NCBI RefSeq assembly: GCF_004353825.1
Contig: NZ_SMNA01000001.1
Coordinates: 1-64,000, forward strand
Direction of reading: 5' to 3'
Length of the DNA: 64,000 nucleotides
Origin: Occultella glacieicola
GTDB lineage: Bacteria; Actinomycetota; Actinomycetes; Actinomycetales; Beutenbergiaceae
Shown here: positions 58,831 to 64,000 of the stretch, in pieces
How positions within the stretch are numbered: the stretch's first letter is position 1
Layout: each line of letters starts with the position of its first letter
The notes under the pieces: generated by a model
Databases searched by the model: none
Told to the model about the DNA's origin: nothing
The model's input: the letters and a program-made list of their open reading frames with translations, nothing else
Program-made: the position numbers and the translations under genes

Positions 58831-59781
58831 ATGACTGCCGAACCGCTGGGTGCGACCGACCGCAAGGTCGGTCGCACCACCGGGCGGCGATCAGGCAGCT
58901 CGAAGCGGCTGGCCCGGATCGACGCCGCCGTCGGGCTCTCGTTCGCCGCCCCGGCCGTGATCGGGGTGCTCGTCCTGGGTCTCGTGCCGTTCGGGTACGT
59001 GATCTGGTACAGCCTGCACGACTGGAGTCCCCTGATCGGTGAGTTCAACTGGATCGGGCTGGACAACTTCACGCGGTTGATCGCCGACGACACGGTCTGG
59101 TCGTCCTTCCTCACGACATTCAAGTACGCGGCGTTGCTGATGGTCCTCAACATCACGCTGGCCCTGGGGCTGGCGGTCCTGCTGAATCAGAAGCTGCGGG
59201 GCACCACGACCTTCCGGGCGTTCTTCTTCTCCCCGGTGATCGTCTCGGCCGTGGCCTGGGTGCTGGTCTGGAACTACCTCGTCGCGGCGAACGGCGGCAT
59301 CAACGGCGCCCTGGCCACGATCGGCATCCAGGGCCCGAACTGGCTGCGCGACCCCACCTGGGCGCTCGTCACCGTCGTGGTGATCCAGGTGTTCAAGGGC
59401 GTCGGCATGAACATGATCCTGTTCCTGGCCGCGCTGCAGAACGTGCCCGCCGAACTCAAGGAGGCCGCCCGCATCGACGGCGCCCGACCGAGCCGGGTGT
59501 TCCGGTCCATCACCCTGCCACTGATCAGCCCGACCATCCTGCTCGTGGTCATGATCACCACGATCGGCGCGATGGACGTGTTCGTGCCGATCCAGATCCT
59601 GACCCAGGGCGGGCCCGGACGATCCACCACGGTGATCTCCTACCTCCTCTACCGCACCGCATTCGAACAGCAGGACTTCGGGTACGCCTCCGCGATCGGC
59701 GTGGTCCTGTTCGTGGTCGTCCTCGTGCTCGCCGCCCTGCAGTGGAGCTCTCGGAAGAGGTGGGTACACGATGAGGTCTGA
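58831..59781 (+). CDS. Sugar ABC transporter permease
   Basis: GLDNF; EAA loop ELKEAARIDGA; FGYASAI. Confidence 0.93.
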   Translation: MTAEPLGATDRKVGRTTGRRSGSSKRLARIDAAVGLSFAAPAVIGVLVLGLVPFGYVIWYSLHDWSPLIGEFNWIGLDNFTRLIADDTVWSSFLTTFKYAALLMVLNITLALGLAVLLNQKLRGTTTFRAFFFSPVIVSAVAWVLVWNYLVAANGGINGALATIGIQGPNWLRDPTWALVTVVVIQVFKGVGMNMILFLAALQNVPAELKEAARIDGARPSRVFRSITLPLISPTILLVVMITTIGAMDVFVPIQILTQGGPGRSTTVISYLLYRTAFEQQDFGYASAIGVVLFVVVLVLAALQWSSRKRWVHDEV

Positions 59782-60712
59782 CGTCATCACGGCGCAGGCG
59801 CAGGGCGCCACCGGCGATCTGACAGGTGGCTCCGAGCCGGTCCGGAGCAGGCGTACGCCCGACTCGGCGCATGCCCGCCGGCACCGGCTGTGGTCGAAGA
59901 TCGTGCTGTACACGCTCCTGTGTGTGCTCTCGATCCCGTTCATCTACCCGACGATCTGGATGATCTTCGCCGCCTTCAAGCCGACGGATGAGTTCTTCCG
60001 GATCCCACCGACGCTGTTCCCGGAGACGTGGACCCTCGACGGCGTCGCGAAGATCTTCACGGTCACCCCGTTCGCGCAGCAGTACCTGAACTCGCTGTAC
60101 CTGGCCACCGTGATCACGATCGGCTCGATCATCGTCTGCTCGCTCGGCGGGTACGCGTTCGCACGGATCCGGTTCCCGTTCGCCGGCAAGCTCTTCCTGG
60201 TCCTGATGTCCGGGATGATGATCCCGGGCGAGGTGACGATCATCCCGATCTTCCGCTGGGTGGCCGACCTCGGCCTGATGAACACCCACATCCCGCTGAT
60301 CGTGCTCCCGATCTTCGGGCCGGCCTGCATCGTCGGCGTCTTCATCTTCCGGCAGTTCTACCTCTCGCTGCCCGGCGAGCTCGAGGAGGCCGGCCGGCTC
60401 GACGGGCTCGGCCGACTCGGGCTGTTCTGGCGGATCGCGCTGCCCTTGTCCGGTCCCGCGATCGCGGCCGTGGCGATCATGAAGTTCCTGGCCTCGTTCA
60501 ACATGTACTTCGAGCCGTTGATCTTCCTGCGCAGCGAGGAGCTCTTTCCGGTCGGCCTCGGACTCACCCGCTACCAGGACGGGTACGGCGAGCCGCTCTA
60601 CAACACCCAGATCGGGGCGACCGCTCTCACCGTGATCCCGGTCCTGATCGTGTTCCTGTTCGCCCAGCGGCAGTTCGTCGAGGGCCTGTCCAGGACCGGG
60701 CTCAAGGGCTGA
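59771..60712 (+). CDS. Sugar ABC transporter permease
   Basis: GYAFARIRFP; LPGELEEAGRLDG; FLFAQRQFVEG. Confidence 0.93.
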   Translation: MRSDVITAQAQGATGDLTGGSEPVRSRRTPDSAHARRHRLWSKIVLYTLLCVLSIPFIYPTIWMIFAAFKPTDEFFRIPPTLFPETWTLDGVAKIFTVTPFAQQYLNSLYLATVITIGSIIVCSLGGYAFARIRFPFAGKLFLVLMSGMMIPGEVTIIPIFRWVADLGLMNTHIPLIVLPIFGPACIVGVFIFRQFYLSLPGELEEAGRLDGLGRLGLFWRIALPLSGPAIAAVAIMKFLASFNMYFEPLIFLRSEELFPVGLGLTRYQDGYGEPLYNTQIGATALTVIPVLIVFLFAQRQFVEGLSRTGLKG

Positions 60713-60750
60713 GGCCCGTCCGTCAGCTCGACCCTCCGAAGGAGTTCACG

Positions 60751-62280
60751 ATGACCGATGCAGCCGAACGGCGGCCGGACCGGGCCGGTGCCGCGGACTA
60801 TCGGCGACGCATGCTCGCCTGCTGGCGTGGGAAGGCCGTCGGCGGCACCCTCGGGCAGACGTTCGAGGGACTTGAAGGGCCACTCACGGCGTCCTTCTAC
60901 CACCCGGTGCCGACCGAGATGGTGCCGAACGACGACCTCGACCTGCAGGTCCTGTTCGCCTGCGTGCTCGCGGCGCAGGCGACCCCCCGGGTCGACCGGC
61001 TCGTCCTCGCCCGGGCTTGGGCCGACCACGTCCTGTTTCCCTGGAACGAGTACGGCGTGGGCATGCGCAACCTCGCCGAAGGGCTCCTTCCGCCCGAGAC
61101 CGGTTCGTTCGACAACTGGTTCACCTGCGGCGAGGGCGCCGCGATCCGCACCGAGCTGTGGGCCTGCCTGGCGCCGGGTGATCCCGACCTGGCCGGCCGG
61201 TACGCCTACGAGGACGCCTGCTTCGACCATGCCGGGGACGGGGTGACCGTGGCCGTCTTCCTCGCCCGACTCGCCTCGGCGGCCTTCGGCGAGCCCGAGG
61301 CCGACCCGCACCGGCTCCTCGACGTGGCGCTCGACGGCATCGACCCGGCGACCGGGATCGCCCGGGTGGTGGCCGACACCCGGCGCTGGCACGCCGAGGG
61401 CCTGGGCTGGCAGGCGGTCCGCGAGCGCATCGTCGACGCCTACGCCAACTCGGACTTCACCGACGTGCGGCCGAACACCGGATTCGTGGTGCTGGGCTGG
61501 CTCGCCGGCTCGGACTTCTCCGAACGCATCCTGATCACCAACAACTGCGGCGGGGACACCGACTCCTCCACCGCCACGCTCGGCGCCCTGCTGGCCATCA
61601 TCGACCCGGACGCCATCGATGACCGGTGGCTCGGGCCGATCGGAGACGACCTGGTACTCAACCCGGAGATCCGTGGGATCAGCGCCCCGCCGACCATCTC
61701 GGCGTTCGCGGACCTGGTCGACGGCCTCCGGGTCCGGCTGAACGGTGCCCCACCCCCCGATCCCGGCGAGCCCGTCACCCGCGGCGTGGGGCTCACCGTG
61801 CGCCGCGCCTGGGTGAACACGAACTTCGAGAGCTGGGCCGGACGGGACCTGACCGGTCTTCCACACGCGGGCGCGCCGCTACCGGACTTCGGCGTCGAGG
61901 CCACCGACGCGATGCTGCCCGGCACGTGGGTACGCCTGCCCCGCGAGGAGTTCGAGGACGTGATCCTGCTCCTGCACTATCCCCTCGACGGCCGCGGCCG
62001 GGACCGGGTGCGGATCATGGTCAACGGCACCGAGCACTTCCGGGCCTGGCTCGACGGCGAGTACCTGTTCGGCGCCCCGGGCACCCAGGCCATGTTCCCC
62101 GCGCCGCACAGCAGCCAGATCGGCCACGCCGTCGACCTCGACCTCCCGCCCGGTGAGCACACGCTCAGCCTCGCCCTGAGGCGCCCGCCGGCCTCCCGCC
62201 CGGTCGCCGAGTGGGTGGTGGGCGTGGCCGAGCTGCCCTCGTGCCTCTGGATCCCGAACGCCCTCCGAAGGACACCATGA
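60751..62280 (+). CDS. ADP-ribosylglycohydrolase-family protein with a C-terminal beta-sandwich
   Basis: GKAVGGTLG..FEG; PNDDLDLQ; GAAIRTE; GGDTDS metal-binding motifs; RBS aaggag. Confidence 0.85.
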   Translation: MTDAAERRPDRAGAADYRRRMLACWRGKAVGGTLGQTFEGLEGPLTASFYHPVPTEMVPNDDLDLQVLFACVLAAQATPRVDRLVLARAWADHVLFPWNEYGVGMRNLAEGLLPPETGSFDNWFTCGEGAAIRTELWACLAPGDPDLAGRYAYEDACFDHAGDGVTVAVFLARLASAAFGEPEADPHRLLDVALDGIDPATGIARVVADTRRWHAEGLGWQAVRERIVDAYANSDFTDVRPNTGFVVLGWLAGSDFSERILITNNCGGDTDSSTATLGALLAIIDPDAIDDRWLGPIGDDLVLNPEIRGISAPPTISAFADLVDGLRVRLNGAPPPDPGEPVTRGVGLTVRRAWVNTNFESWAGRDLTGLPHAGAPLPDFGVEATDAMLPGTWVRLPREEFEDVILLLHYPLDGRGRDRVRIMVNGTEHFRAWLDGEYLFGAPGTQAMFPAPHSSQIGHAVDLDLPPGEHTLSLALRRPPASRPVAEWVVGVAELPSCLWIPNALRRTP

Positions 62281-63539
62281 TCAGCATCGGCATCAGCGGC
62301 GCGGGCCTGTTCGCGGAGTCGTTCATCCCCCTGTTCGCGAAGCATCCGCTCGTGGAGCGGGTGGTCCTGGCCGACCTCATCCCCGACCGGCTCGCCGAGG
62401 TGGCCGCCCGGCACGGGATCACCGAGACGGCGGCCTCCCACGCGCAGCTGTGCGCGAGCGACGTGGACGCCGTCGCCATCTTCGCCCAGAGGCACCTGCA
62501 CGGACCGCTCACCATCGAAGCACTCGAGGCCGGCAAGCACGTCTACTGCGCGGTGCCGATCGCGTCGAGCCCGGCGGACGTCGAGCAGATCGTCGCCACG
62601 GTCGAACGAACCGGGCTCGTGTACGCCAGCGGTGAGACGTCCTACTACTACCCGCACACGATCTACTGCCGGGACCGGTACGCAGCCGGGGACTTCGGCG
62701 CGTTCGTCTACGGCGAGGGCAACTACCTCCACGACATGACGCACGGCTTCTACACGGCGTTCCAGCACAGCGGCGGTGAGCACTGGCGCCGCGTGGCCGG
62801 CTTCCCGCCGATGTACTACCCGACGCACTCGACCGGTGCCGTGCTCGGCGTGACCGGTGCCCGGGTGACCCAGGTCAGCTGCCTGGGCTACACCGACACC
62901 GAGGACGACGGCGTGTTCGGCACGGGTCGCAACGAGTGGGACAACCCGTTCTCGAACCAGACCGCGCTGATGCGCACCGACGACGGCGGGATGATGCGGA
63001 TCAACGAGTTCCGCCGGTCGGGCTGGCGCGGCCGGCACGGCAGCAACCCGCTCACCATCCACGGCACGCTCGCCTCGTACGAGGAGAACGCCGGTAGCCA
63101 GCTGTGGGTCGACCGTCAGGACGGGCCCACCGACGTGTCGGAGATCCTCGCCTGCGCCGCGCACACCCGGGACACCGAGACCGCCGGCGCCGGGGCCGCC
63201 GATCGTGCCGACCTGCACGAGGTGCTCCGGGAGGACTTCAACAGCCGCTACGCCTCCGTGCACCCCACCGCCCGACTGCCGCGGGTCTACGCCGGGCTGC
63301 GCAACGGTCACCTCGGGTCGCACCACTTCCTCGCCGACGACTTCGTGCGTGCCGTGCGTACCCGCTCCGTGCCACCGGTCAACGTGTGGGAGGCGGCGAA
63401 GTTCTGCCTGCCGGGCCTGCTCGCGCACGCCTCCAGCCTGGCCGGAGGGACCCAACTCGAGGTACCGGATCTCGGCGGGCCACCGCCGGACCGACCGCGT
63501 CTCGACCTCGACATCCCGGTGGAGGAGCTCATCGACTGA
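62277..63539 (+). CDS. Gfo/Idh/MocA family oxidoreductase
   Basis: IGISGAGLF; DVDAVAIFAQRHLH..ALEAGKHVYCAVP; YPTHS; ATGA overlap with the upstream gene. Confidence 0.9.
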   Translation: MISIGISGAGLFAESFIPLFAKHPLVERVVLADLIPDRLAEVAARHGITETAASHAQLCASDVDAVAIFAQRHLHGPLTIEALEAGKHVYCAVPIASSPADVEQIVATVERTGLVYASGETSYYYPHTIYCRDRYAAGDFGAFVYGEGNYLHDMTHGFYTAFQHSGGEHWRRVAGFPPMYYPTHSTGAVLGVTGARVTQVSCLGYTDTEDDGVFGTGRNEWDNPFSNQTALMRTDDGGMMRINEFRRSGWRGRHGSNPLTIHGTLASYEENAGSQLWVDRQDGPTDVSEILACAAHTRDTETAGAGAADRADLHEVLREDFNSRYASVHPTARLPRVYAGLRNGHLGSHHFLADDFVRAVRTRSVPPVNVWEAAKFCLPGLLAHASSLAGGTQLEVPDLGGPPPDRPRLDLDIPVEELID

Positions 63540-63686
63540 TCCCGTTCCACCGGCCCCGCCGACCCCGGTGGGGCGGATCGTCGCTGCCAGAACTGCATGT
63601 TGGACCGGTCCCGCGCCTCGTGGGGCCGCGCCACCCGGGGCCCGCCGCGGGCGCCCGGGCGCACGGAACCAATGGAGGGAATGCAG

Positions 63687-64000
63687 ATGCACGCTCACAC
63701 CCAGCCCGACCCCCAGTCCCGGGCCGCACAGAACCCCGACCTGACCCGCGCGGGAGTGTCCCGGCGCGCGGTCCTCCTCGGCACCGCCGGGCTCACGGGT
63801 GCCCTGGCCCTCGGCGCCGCCAGCACCTCCCGCGCCTGGGCCACGTCGGAGGGGACCGTACTGCCGCTCGTCGACCCGCTCGGTGCGCCGCCGGATCGCA
63901 CCGCGTTCGAGGACTCCGAACAGGTTCTCGCCGGCTACCTGACGGTGGTCGCCCCGATGGCGAACAGCATCCGGGACCTGGATCCGAACTACGGCTGGAT
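63687..64000 (+). CDS. Tat-exported protein (3' partial)
   Basis: Not in the ORF track because there is no stop; after RBS ggaggga the frame reads MHAHTQPD...VSRRAVLLGTAGLTGALALGAASTSRAWA-T... and stays open to the window end. Confidence 0.75.
   Translation, partial: MHAHTQPDPQSRAAQNPDLTRAGVSRRAVLLGTAGLTGALALGAASTSRAWATSEGTVLPLVDPLGAPPDRTAFEDSEQVLAGYLTVVAPMANSIRDLDPNYGW

Overview
Very GC-rich actinobacterial (probably Micrococcales) chromosomal segment; the taxonomy is inferred from gene content and codon style. 1-13.5 kb is the distal part of a flagellar cluster (fliK partial, flgD, flgE, flbD, motAB, fliMNOPQR, flhB, flhA, a degenerate flhF-like gene, csrA). It is followed by a small block of orphan genes: an RHH protein and a 316-aa ORF with a possible ADP-ribosyltransferase-like C-terminus. 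16-43 kb is accessory metabolism and regulation: LLM/F420 oxidoreductases, an ECF sigma/anti-sigma pair, an aldo-keto reductase, a macrolide-phosphotransferase-like gene, an MFS transporter, a decayed vapBC, two large secreted CBM32-containing glycosidases, AraC/DHFR-like/GNAT genes, an FNT channel, a TIGR04076-LLM-NhaC module and mqo. 43.5-47.6 kb is a class Ib ribonucleotide reductase operon (nrdHIEF) with tandem NrdR boxes, an adjacent phased DnaA-box-like array and a ~370-bp structured non-coding element of unknown nature. 48.6-64 kb holds a large secreted metallophosphoesterase with PHO-box-like repeats, a racemase, and a LacI-associated sugar ABC catabolic locus with an FAD oxidoreductase, an ADP-ribosylglycohydrolase-family protein, a Gfo/Idh/MocA enzyme and a Tat-exported protein running off the end. 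No rRNA, tRNA, CRISPR array or intact transposase was seen. All family calls come from motif recognition by eye, not from database searches.
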